This document shows, one piece after another, positions 50,801 through 59,028 of a stretch of 64,000 nt of DNA (its first letter is position 1; the number at the start of each line of letters is the position of its first letter). The notes beneath the pieces are model-generated. The model searched no databases, had not been told where the DNA came from, and saw only the letters and a program-made list of their open reading frames with translations. Position numbers and translations under genes: made by a program. The stretch comes from a bacterium (GTDB taxonomy: Bacteria; Bacteroidota; Ignavibacteria; Kapaibacteriales; UBA2268), in assembly GCA_024711295.1 (NCBI GenBank), contig JANJTB010000002.1, forward strand, positions 78,223 through 142,222, given 5' to 3'.

Positions 50801-50912
50801 CGGCTTAGGATTATTGCTTTGTAACGATTATGCTGTCAGAAACAATGGCAACCTGACAATTGAAAGCCAGGAGAATATTGGTACTACAGTTTATTTTAGT
50901 TTACCAAAATAA
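47841..50912 (+). CDS. multi-PAS/PAC sensor histidine kinase (no receiver domain)
   Basis: Several PAS/PAC repeats (e.g. WDWNL...FSKKWKSMLGFEY), HisKA H-box MAHDLRSPLNG, HATPase_c G-box GTGLGL; 1023 aa. Confidence 0.85.
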   Translation: MSSINNDLIYGLFSLVTDYCFLLDIDGNIIDVNQVVLDNLNYTKDDILKLNVYDIHPKSRRKEAKEIIQKIIAGMASECNIPLKSNNGNLIPVFTKVKIIEIDKLNYILGISKDLTKEIDSITKFEIAFDESPQPMAITDLDSGTYLFINQAFENLFEYTKQEVIGHTSSEILPSITPQIRRQMLADLLISGKAENVKFKLNTKTGKSLIGFLSGKIFESNGRKFLLSSFQDITLNDNLINELQSAKERWNYALESSDLGVWDWNLITNEVFFSKKWKSMLGFEYDEISNSLSTWEELTHPEDLSYCYNEISKHLRGEIEQYQSTHRIKNKSGDYIWILDTGKVVELDNLGNPSRFVGTHRDISEIKAKEKALSEQHDWNRTIFESAKAGIVIIDTNTFEVVDVNQTACDILKFKQSELIGKKCGDFFCLGQNCCEYKTPDFPILNKEKVTHDSEGKELTIIKSVIQKQLNNKLYNIESFVDITDLKSKEKEIVESQRQLDLFFNQSLAGFFFMKTEKAVEWNNKVDKNATLDYIFNNQKVTKVNQSMISQYNAKEEQMIGLTPRYFFSDNIEYGKQIYKTLFDSGKIHLNTTQKKLDGTEVIIEADYTCLYDINGRIIGMFGIQQDVTKKQLFERLVKEKTAELEKYFDISMDLIIISDMEGRFKRFNNRWVELLGISPEELKDYRFLDFVHPEDIEETIQIMKSLSMNKPITGFVNRYRNKLNEYVYIEWNSVYQNRVIYGAGRDITQMIEDKKEIIKLLDQSRETNEAIETMLYQKNVLIEELESIKEKLTEAINQKDKFVSIMAHDLRSPLNGFIGLTRLMAEDIDSFSKEEIQEIAEKLNLSSNHLSDLLENLLSWSMTQRGLIEFNPIEFDLIKIISKVIATIKLSAEQKGITLFFDQHIDSIFVTADINMVQTILRNLISNAIKFSNADSTIIIEVRESEKDYIIKVKDSGIGMSPELLAKLFKMDEKTTRTGTADEKSTGLGLLLCNDYAVRNNGNLTIESQENIGTTVYFSLPK

Positions 50913-50924
50913 AAAGAGAACAAA

Positions 50925-53756
50925 CTAGTACTTCAAGATTTTTATAGATTTGCGCAGCTCCTTACTACTTAGGTGAAAATAATATACACCAATAGGGTAA
51001 TCTGAAAGATTTACCTTTAACATCTCATTTTCAATTAAATAGTCAATATTTTGATTATCCAATACTCTGACACCTAATGAATTTGAAATATAATAACTTA
51101 CATTTGTAATTGTAAAAGGTATAGTTAAGCTGATTATGTCATTAGTTGGCTGTGGATATACATGAACGTCTATTTCAGTTTCATCATTAGCATTTACAGA
51201 TACTACTCCGAATAAACATTCTCTCAGAGCTTTTGCTAAATCGCTTTCATTATCACCTGCACCAACACATATTGAACAGATTTTACTAACCCCGGGCTCC
51301 CAATCACCATTGAATTTAACTCCTACGACTGAACCAAAATCAGATTCTTTTGTGGATTGTAGCTCGGTACCAATATTTAGGGACATTATTCTAAAATTAT
51401 TATCAAAAGACCCTTGAAAATCATAATCTAAACCAGCGCTCACAGGAGATATATTCTCCTCATTACTGTATGCTGCCGAGCCAAAGTAGGGATAATCAGA
51501 TTTTGCAAAAACAGCTTGTGCAGCTGCTTTCCCCTTAAAGTCATCAGGTATCGCTTCTGCCAGCAACTTCGAACGATTTTTTGTTGATTCACTGCTTACA
51601 TCCCAATCAATGTAGAGTCCAAATGATACATCTTTAATTGGGAATTGAGATGTATTTGTAATTTTGAAATCATATTTAGTTGCCTTTGCATCAATTGATG
51701 TGAATGACACTTTTTGCTCGATTTCAAGCCCAATCTTCTGATTGCCACCGTTATTGTCATTATAAACAGCTAAATATCTATCGGGAGGAACGAATCCCTT
51801 AACAGTTGAAAATGAGTAAATTTTGTTTACACTAGAATTATAAACCACTCTTTGAGAATTTTCAGAAATCATTATACTTGAATTTCTATAAACCTGATTT
51901 CCATAGTTTTTGTAACCGAATCCAACACCGGAAATCGAAGAGCCTGATGTACTAAATCCAAACTCGCCAATATCACTCATTGAAAACTTGATTTGATTGT
52001 TTGCAAATGTACTTATATCTTTTGCAGGAGTAAAATTGAATTTAAAGAAATCATTGTACGAATTTTCTCCATTAATATCTACTCTGAAAATTACATTCCC
52101 AGAGTAATTGTTTTTAATTCTAATAACAAAATCATCAATTTCTAACTCCTGATTATTGTCAACAAAGCTAAAATCAGATGAATTCTGCAATATTTCCACA
52201 GAATTTGCAGGATCGTAGGCAATACTCAATATAAAACTTAAGTTGTTCGCTTTGCCTAAAACATTCTTTGCATATATTTTAATTCTAACTTCATCACCGG
52301 CTGAAAATCTGTCTGTTTCGGTATCAGATTTATCAAAATAAGAATATCTCAAAGGAAGAATCCCAGGAATAGAAAAAGGATCAATGGTTACTGCTTTTAA
52401 TACATTTATTCTACCTGGAATGAGGTGTTGGTCAGTAGAGGAAAAATTATTATGTCTGTCAACTGCTTGCCTAACAAATTCAAGAGATTGCAAAGCATCA
52501 AGTTGAGGATACTTTGACCTAACCAATGCTAATGCTCCAGCAACAACTGGTGAAGCAAAAGAAGTACCACCATCACATGTAAAATAACCATTATTTGTTG
52601 TTGTGTAATTATCATCGCCTGGAGCAAGTATTCTACAACCTGCAGATATGGAACTAGTCGAGGTTAGTCTGTCGATGGAGGTTACCTCTCCGACACCTAA
52701 TACACCAAAATAACTTGCAGGGAAAAATGAGTCGTATTTTGTAAATTTTGATGATGTGTTACCTGCCGCTGCAACAATTGCTACATTTTTACTAATAGCA
52801 AAATCAATTATAGACTGGTCAATTTCCGAGAATGGTTTTACCACTCCCCAACTGCAATTGAGTACTTTAATACCTCTGATAGCAGCATAAACTATTGATT
52901 CATAAGCATATTTGAGCGAACTGCCGTCAACTATTTTGAGAGGCAATAATTTGCAATTAAATCCTATACCTGCAATACCAAGACTATTATCTGTACTTGC
53001 TCCAGCTATTCCTGCAACTTGTTGACCATGACTTATTGAAGGGTTATATGTATCTCCAGGACCGAAAGAAGTGCCTTGCCATGAAAAATTATATCCTGAA
53101 TAATCATCAATATATCCATTATCATCATTATCAAGTCCATCATTGGGAATTTCATTGTCATTAAATGCAAGATTACCGATTATATCTTCATGCTGTTGAT
53201 TTGTTCCACTATCGCTTATCCCAATTATTACATTCGGGTCACCTTTTTCAATTGACCAGGCTTCGTAAGCTTTTATTAAAGTCAAAAAATCATCCTGCAT
53301 ATCTATCATTTCATCATTTGGCTTGTAAGAAGAGAAAAATTCGGGTAAATAATAAGGCTCAGCAATCTCGATTGCTGGATTCGCCAAAAGAATCCTCCTG
53401 CAAAACTCTTCCGGTTCAATATTATCATCAAAAATTATGGTGAAAGTACGCAATAATTTTTCCTCAGCTTGATAAATTTTTGACTTTTCTTTATAATCAT
53501 AGTTAACACTTAGCAAGGAATTATAGGTAAGACTATTTTGAGGGCTAAGTAATTGAGATATATCAGATATTCCCATTCCACTTCGTAAAATTATCTGCTT
53601 ATTAAAAATATCATAACCCGGTTTGACCCGTATAATTACCTTGTTTGATAAAACTTTCGACAATCTGCCAACTTTTTGATTTGGCTCTAGTACATCATTT
53701 TTCGAATATAATTCCGATGATAATAAAAGCAAAATAATAACGGTAAATATTTTCAT
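50925..53756 (-). CDS. S8 subtilisin-family peptidase with T9SS C-terminal sorting domain
   Basis: His box GHGQQVAGIAG; Ser box GTSFASPVVAG; C-terminal ...VYPQPTNDIISLT...IGVYYFHLSSKELRKSIKILKY is a T9SS CTD; 943 aa. Confidence 0.85.
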   Translation of the reverse strand: MKIFTVIILLLLSSELYSKNDVLEPNQKVGRLSKVLSNKVIIRVKPGYDIFNKQIILRSGMGISDISQLLSPQNSLTYNSLLSVNYDYKEKSKIYQAEEKLLRTFTIIFDDNIEPEEFCRRILLANPAIEIAEPYYLPEFFSSYKPNDEMIDMQDDFLTLIKAYEAWSIEKGDPNVIIGISDSGTNQQHEDIIGNLAFNDNEIPNDGLDNDDNGYIDDYSGYNFSWQGTSFGPGDTYNPSISHGQQVAGIAGASTDNSLGIAGIGFNCKLLPLKIVDGSSLKYAYESIVYAAIRGIKVLNCSWGVVKPFSEIDQSIIDFAISKNVAIVAAAGNTSSKFTKYDSFFPASYFGVLGVGEVTSIDRLTSTSSISAGCRILAPGDDNYTTTNNGYFTCDGGTSFASPVVAGALALVRSKYPQLDALQSLEFVRQAVDRHNNFSSTDQHLIPGRINVLKAVTIDPFSIPGILPLRYSYFDKSDTETDRFSAGDEVRIKIYAKNVLGKANNLSFILSIAYDPANSVEILQNSSDFSFVDNNQELEIDDFVIRIKNNYSGNVIFRVDINGENSYNDFFKFNFTPAKDISTFANNQIKFSMSDIGEFGFSTSGSSISGVGFGYKNYGNQVYRNSSIMISENSQRVVYNSSVNKIYSFSTVKGFVPPDRYLAVYNDNNGGNQKIGLEIEQKVSFTSIDAKATKYDFKITNTSQFPIKDVSFGLYIDWDVSSESTKNRSKLLAEAIPDDFKGKAAAQAVFAKSDYPYFGSAAYSNEENISPVSAGLDYDFQGSFDNNFRIMSLNIGTELQSTKESDFGSVVGVKFNGDWEPGVSKICSICVGAGDNESDLAKALRECLFGVVSVNANDETEIDVHVYPQPTNDIISLTIPFTITNVSYYISNSLGVRVLDNQNIDYLIENEMLKVNLSDYPIGVYYFHLSSKELRKSIKILKY

Positions 53757-53846
53757 TAATTCCTCAGTAATTTTTATTCTATATAAACAATCTTAACTGT
53801 TTTTCGTTACATTTATTTTGAAGATTAAATAAATTATTTTAAAAAA

Positions 53847-54464
53847 ATGTGCGGAAGATTTGCCTTAACAGCTACTACAAAAGATATTGAGAAGTTAAGA
53901 CCTAAGATTAATTCTGACTTCGAGATAGTTCCAAATAAAAATATTAGTCCCGGTTCGGAAATTGTTATAATCAAAAACAGTGAACCCGATATTCTTGATA
54001 AAGCTATATGGGGATTGATTCCTTACTGGGCAAAAGATCTGAACTTTGGGAGTAAACTATTCAATGCAAGGTCAGAAACATTAGAAGAAAAGGCATCTTT
54101 CAAAAATAGTTTTAAGAAAAGAAGATGTCTTATACCGGCTAACTCATTTTTTGAATGGAAAGCGGTTGATCAGAATAGCAAAAAACAAAAATATGAAATT
54201 AATTGCAACTGCACTCACATTTTTTTCTTTGCCGGATTGTGGGACTTGTGGAAATCTCATGATAACAATACAATTGTATCTTCTACGATTATTACTTGTG
54301 AGCCCAACAATAAAATGAGTAACATTCACAACCGTATGCCTGTAATCCTAATCAGTAACGAAGAACAGGAAATCTGGATAAGCGATACTCAGGATTTTAG
54401 TCAACTCAAATCATTACTTAAACCAATCGATGACAATTTTATTAACATAAGTTTGTCGGCTTAA
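53847..54464 (+). CDS. SOS-response-associated peptidase (SRAP/YedK) abasic-site processing protein
   Basis: MCGRF N-terminal catalytic Cys2; 205 aa. Confidence 0.9.
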   Translation: MCGRFALTATTKDIEKLRPKINSDFEIVPNKNISPGSEIVIIKNSEPDILDKAIWGLIPYWAKDLNFGSKLFNARSETLEEKASFKNSFKKRRCLIPANSFFEWKAVDQNSKKQKYEINCNCTHIFFFAGLWDLWKSHDNNTIVSSTIITCEPNNKMSNIHNRMPVILISNEEQEIWISDTQDFSQLKSLLKPIDDNFINISLSA

Positions 54465-54492
54465 TTTTTTTTTCACATTTCTTCGAAACAAA

Positions 54493-55185
54493 ATGAATTC
54501 TTACAAAATTAAATTGTCAATTATTTACGGATTACTTGCTTTCGGCGGCATATGGAATTACTTTGGATTATTTCAATCTGTCATGCAATCAACAGCAGGA
54601 TTGATGATTATTCTCATCACTTTTTACTTGTTTTATGAAATACAAAATAAGAAAATCTCAGAGCATGATTCAGCAGGCAATCCATTAATTCAGGATTATA
54701 AAGTGAGAATGCTTTTATACTTTATCTTTGTGATTGCTGCAGGATGGTTAATTGAATTTATTGGTGTGAGTACAGGATATATTTTTGGCAATTACAAATA
54801 TTCAAAACTACTTTTACCTCAAATTTTGGATGTACCCATTGCTATTGGATTTGCTTGGTTCTCTACTTTGATTGTTTCAGTGGCCATAATTCAAACTTAC
54901 ACAAAAATTAACATAAAGCTAATCAAAACATATAAGAAAGCGCTTTTGACGGGTTTTTTGATGACTGTTTTTGATTACTTTTTAGAATTTGCTGCTATCA
55001 AGTTAGGTTATTGGAGTTGGCAAATTGGGATACCGCCATTTACAAATTACTTAGCATGGTTTGTTTTTGGTTCATTATTTACTTATATTGGATTCAGGTT
55101 TAATTTGCTTGATCTAAGACTACCCAAAATAGCAAGTCATTTGTATTTTGCTCAGCTTATTTATTTCGGTTTATCAGCTATATAA
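54493..55185 (+). CDS. polytopic membrane protein (possibly DUF422 / carotenoid-biosynthesis-associated family)
   Basis: Six or more predicted TM helices; family assignment is by recollection of the motif pattern only. Confidence 0.45.
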   Translation: MNSYKIKLSIIYGLLAFGGIWNYFGLFQSVMQSTAGLMIILITFYLFYEIQNKKISEHDSAGNPLIQDYKVRMLLYFIFVIAAGWLIEFIGVSTGYIFGNYKYSKLLLPQILDVPIAIGFAWFSTLIVSVAIIQTYTKINIKLIKTYKKALLTGFLMTVFDYFLEFAAIKLGYWSWQIGIPPFTNYLAWFVFGSLFTYIGFRFNLLDLRLPKIASHLYFAQLIYFGLSAI

Positions 55186-55241
55186 AAAAAGAGCTCTCGC
55201 AATTTTTAATGTAAGAGCTCAATTTTTATATCAAGAATCTT

Positions 55242-56765
55242 TTAGTCCAAACTTCCGACTAATTTTTCAACTTCGTTAAGAATTTCGCCTGATTTAACAA
55301 GAGCTGCCATTGTATTGTGATCATTAAACAGTGGTCTGTCAATATCAAGAAAATCTACATGCTTTCTTATAACTTCCCAAGCTTTTGTCACACCATCACC
55401 TTTTTTAAACTCTCTGAAATCAAGAGCTTGTGCTGCTGCCATTAATTCAATACCAATAATTCCGAATGCATTATCGAGAATTTGCTGGTTCTTTAGCGCA
55501 GTGTTCATACCCATCGATACAAAATCTTCCTGGTCAGCTGCTGCTGGAATTGATTGAATTGAAGCAGGATTAGATAATATCCTTTGCTCAACAATAAGCA
55601 TATCAGCTGTGTATTGACTAAGCATCATACCGGAGAACATGCCAGCTCCCTTTGTCAAAAATGCCGGTAAACCGACACTCAATGCTGGATTCAGAAGTCT
55701 GTTCAATCTTCTTTCGGAAAGGACACAAACCATTGTTAATGAAGCACCTGCCATATCCATAGGCAATGAAACAGGAGTTCCCTGGAAGTTCGCGCCTGTG
55801 AGTGTGATATTTTCATCAGGCAAGAAAATTGGATTATCTCCTACTCCGTTCAGTTCAATCTCAACCTGACTTTTAGCATACTTACATGCGTCATGAGCTG
55901 CTCCAATTACTTGAGGTGTTGACCTCATTGAGTACGCATCCTGAACTTTTGTTTTCATTTTTCCGCTAAGTAAATCACTACCTTCGAGTAATTTTCTTAT
56001 TGAAGCTGCAGATCTTACAGCACCGCTAAACCCTCGTAATTCGTGCAATCTAGTATCATATGGCTTCATGTTTGCAAGAAGTGCTTCTAACGACATTGCT
56101 GCAGCAATCTCTGCATGCTTTATCAAACGATTGTAATCATATAATTGAATAGCTGACATAGCAGTCAATAAATTCGAGCCGTTTATAGTTGATAAACCAT
56201 CTCTTGCTTGAAGTCCAGGAATTGGAATTCCAGCTTTTTCAAACGCAACTTTTGTCGGCATTCTTTCACCTTGATAGAATGACTCTCCTTCGCCCATCAT
56301 GGACAAAGCCATTTGAGACATAGGAGCTAAATCTCCGCATGCACCAACCGAACCTTTCTGGCATACAACAGGTGTTACCCCCTTATTGAGCATTTCTGCC
56401 AATGTTTGAGTAATTTCAGGACGACATCCTGAATTGCCATGCGCCTGAACATTAATTCTTCCGGCTATTGCACCACGTACAAACTCCTCGCGAGTTGGTT
56501 CACCTATACCGGCAGCGTGATTATAAATCAAGTACTTCTGGAATTCTTTAATTTGTTCATCGTTAAGAACTATTTCAGAAAATTCCCCAATACCTGTATT
56601 AACACCATACATTATTTCACGCTTTTCAATTTTTGATTCGAGTACTGCACGACATTTTTTGATTAAGTCTATTGATTCAGCACTCAATTCTACCTTTTCT
56701 CTGTTACGGGCTATATCTACAACTTTCTCTACAGTCAGATTTTTACCATTTAATGTTATTGCCAT
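55242..56765 (-). CDS. hutH: histidine ammonia-lyase family (MIO-dependent aromatic amino acid ammonia-lyase)
   Basis: GSVGACGDLAPMSQ aligns with the GSVGASGDLAPL MIO signature of HAL, with Cys in place of Ser. Asn-His is at the substrate selectivity position (HAL-like His retained). 507 aa. Confidence 0.8.
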   Translation of the reverse strand: MAITLNGKNLTVEKVVDIARNREKVELSAESIDLIKKCRAVLESKIEKREIMYGVNTGIGEFSEIVLNDEQIKEFQKYLIYNHAAGIGEPTREEFVRGAIAGRINVQAHGNSGCRPEITQTLAEMLNKGVTPVVCQKGSVGACGDLAPMSQMALSMMGEGESFYQGERMPTKVAFEKAGIPIPGLQARDGLSTINGSNLLTAMSAIQLYDYNRLIKHAEIAAAMSLEALLANMKPYDTRLHELRGFSGAVRSAASIRKLLEGSDLLSGKMKTKVQDAYSMRSTPQVIGAAHDACKYAKSQVEIELNGVGDNPIFLPDENITLTGANFQGTPVSLPMDMAGASLTMVCVLSERRLNRLLNPALSVGLPAFLTKGAGMFSGMMLSQYTADMLIVEQRILSNPASIQSIPAAADQEDFVSMGMNTALKNQQILDNAFGIIGIELMAAAQALDFREFKKGDGVTKAWEVIRKHVDFLDIDRPLFNDHNTMAALVKSGEILNEVEKLVGSLD

Positions 56766-56944
56766 TTTATATTCCTTTTATATACTTTTTATGATTTATT
56801 AATAAAATATTTTACAAAATTACAAAAAAATCATTTAATATATCCTCAATAATTGACTTTATTATATTGTTTCTAATTAGTTAATAAAATTTATCATTTT
56901 TTTATTCCTCTCTATTTTTTTAAAACAATTGAAACAATAAAAAG

Positions 56945-57310
56945 ATGAAAGAAATTATCATTTTACTTTTAACAGGATTATCTGCTGGTATGTTAAGCGG
57001 AGTATTGGGTATTGGCGGAGGAATCATAGTCATACCTGTACTTGTACTGATTCTGGGATTTAGTCAGCAGATGGCTCAAGGCACATCACTTGCACTACTA
57101 TTGCCTCCTATTGGATTATTTGCAGTAATTAATTATTACAAGTCAGGATTTGTTGATTTCAAAGCAGCAGGATTAATGATAGTTACATTTATTATTGGGA
57201 GTTATTTTTCATCAAAGTTTGCCACTAATATTGATGAAAATATGCTTAAAAAAATATTTGGCATTTTTCTGGTAATATATGGCATAAAATTATTCTTTGA
57301 GAAGTCATAA
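56945..57310 (+). CDS. TauE/SafE (DUF81) family membrane protein, single-repeat half-size form
   Basis: GVLGIGGGIIVIPVLVLILG...QQMAQGTSLALLLP is the TauE repeat motif, but the protein has only 121 aa and 4 TM helices. Confidence 0.7.
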   Translation: MKEIIILLLTGLSAGMLSGVLGIGGGIIVIPVLVLILGFSQQMAQGTSLALLLPPIGLFAVINYYKSGFVDFKAAGLMIVTFIIGSYFSSKFATNIDENMLKKIFGIFLVIYGIKLFFEKS

Positions 57311-57363
57311 AAAAAACGTTATTTTGCATATTATTTTTTCGTCCTAAATCAAAGAGATTTATA

Positions 57364-58953
57364 ATGTTTAGATTATTGGGAATAATACTTGTTTTTATTG
57401 CAGCAAATTATAGTTTACTTTCCCAGTATCCAAAAATTCTTTGGTGGTTTGATACTTTTGATTCTGCTTACGGACAGACAGCGTTTGATGATGTTGATGG
57501 AGATGGGAAATATGAGTTAGTATTTGGATGCTATAGAAATGATAGTTGTGTTTATGTTTTAAATGGTGAAGATGGCTCGCTCAAGTGGAGATTTAATACT
57601 ACAGATTATCAAGAAGGATGCAACGATGTTGCAACATTACTATTTGACATCAACCACGACGGCATTTCTGAAATATTTGTCCCATCCAGTTGCAATCCAT
57701 TTACTTACTGCCTCGATGGTAAAAATAACAGTATAATTTGGAAGACAACTACAAAGGGAAGTGACTCTCCACCTGTATTGGCCGATATTGACAATGATGG
57801 TAAGCTTGAATTACTTCATGGAGAATTTGGTGGATATGTAATTTGTATTGATGCTGAAACAGGAAGTATTAAATGGGAGATTTTGGTTGATGATAGGTCC
57901 TGGATACAGACTGCACCAACAGTTACAGACATTAATAAAGACGGTTACCTTGATTTTGTAGTATCTACGTGGCAGTTTGACAAAAAAAACAGTTTTTATG
58001 CGTATGATGGGAAAACTCTTGAAATAATGTGGAAAGTGGATTTAAATGATTATGTGTATCACGGTACAGCATTAATTGATTTAAATTTTGATGGCTACTC
58101 GGACTTTGTATTTGGCGATTATTCCGGAACCCTTTGGGCTATAAATGGTAAAGACGGAACAATAATATGGACACACAAAGCTTTTTCATATATAGGTGCA
58201 CCTGTTACTGTTGCTGATTTGAATAATGACGGAATATGCGAAATCATCTTTGTCAGTCTTTACAAAATTCAGTGTTTAGACATTAATGGTAATTTACTTT
58301 GGGCATTTGATGAACTCAACTATGGCAATGTGTTTAGGGGAACAGTGGTATCTGACATTGACCTTGATGGTACAAAAGAAGTAATTTTTGGCTCATCGTC
58401 AGGCATATTATATGCATTAGACGGGATAAACGGCTCTGCCAAATGGACATTCAATTTATCACAGCATATAGAAAAAGACTTTGATATAAACCATGCTCCA
58501 GTAATTGGAGATTTTAACAAAGATGGTTTCTTGGATTTATTCATTGTTGGCGGAAAAACAGACTATCCTGATTTTTCAAATAATTATGGAAGGGCATATT
58601 GCTTAGAAATTGGCACAGGGAAGGAAGAATGGAAGATGTTTCAGAATAATTTTCATAGAAGTTGTGGCACTTGTTTTAACAACTCGGTTTCGGTTAAGGA
58701 TTTGTCCTTACTTGAACCCACTATTACTTTTATTAATGGTGAACTGAATATATATAATTTAAATTCACAACATCAATATCATTTGCAAATTTGTGACTTA
58801 TTAGGCAATGTAATTTTAACGGATGACATTAATGAAATTAATTATTATAAATCATTTAATGACTTAAGTTATTTATATTCAAATGTTTTGATTGCAAGAC
58901 TTACAAACAGAAAAAATAATTCACAAATTGTGAAAAAAATTGTAATATTATAA
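57364..58953 (+). CDS. FG-GAP/PQQ-like beta-propeller repeat protein with T9SS C-terminal sorting domain
   Basis: Eight D-x-[DN]-x-D-G Ca-binding-type repeats (DVDGDGKYELVFG, DINHDGISEIFV, DIDNDGKLELLHG, ...) and a C-terminal about 80-aa CTD (...NIYNLNSQHQYHLQICDLLGNVIL...). Confidence 0.7.
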   Translation: MFRLLGIILVFIAANYSLLSQYPKILWWFDTFDSAYGQTAFDDVDGDGKYELVFGCYRNDSCVYVLNGEDGSLKWRFNTTDYQEGCNDVATLLFDINHDGISEIFVPSSCNPFTYCLDGKNNSIIWKTTTKGSDSPPVLADIDNDGKLELLHGEFGGYVICIDAETGSIKWEILVDDRSWIQTAPTVTDINKDGYLDFVVSTWQFDKKNSFYAYDGKTLEIMWKVDLNDYVYHGTALIDLNFDGYSDFVFGDYSGTLWAINGKDGTIIWTHKAFSYIGAPVTVADLNNDGICEIIFVSLYKIQCLDINGNLLWAFDELNYGNVFRGTVVSDIDLDGTKEVIFGSSSGILYALDGINGSAKWTFNLSQHIEKDFDINHAPVIGDFNKDGFLDLFIVGGKTDYPDFSNNYGRAYCLEIGTGKEEWKMFQNNFHRSCGTCFNNSVSVKDLSLLEPTITFINGELNIYNLNSQHQYHLQICDLLGNVILTDDINEINYYKSFNDLSYLYSNVLIARLTNRKNNSQIVKKIVIL

Positions 58954-59028
58954 TTTTTTTTGTGCTTTTTTTAATTTTGAACTGTCTATATATAATATAT
59001 TATACAAATTTTTCAGGAGTTTATTTAA

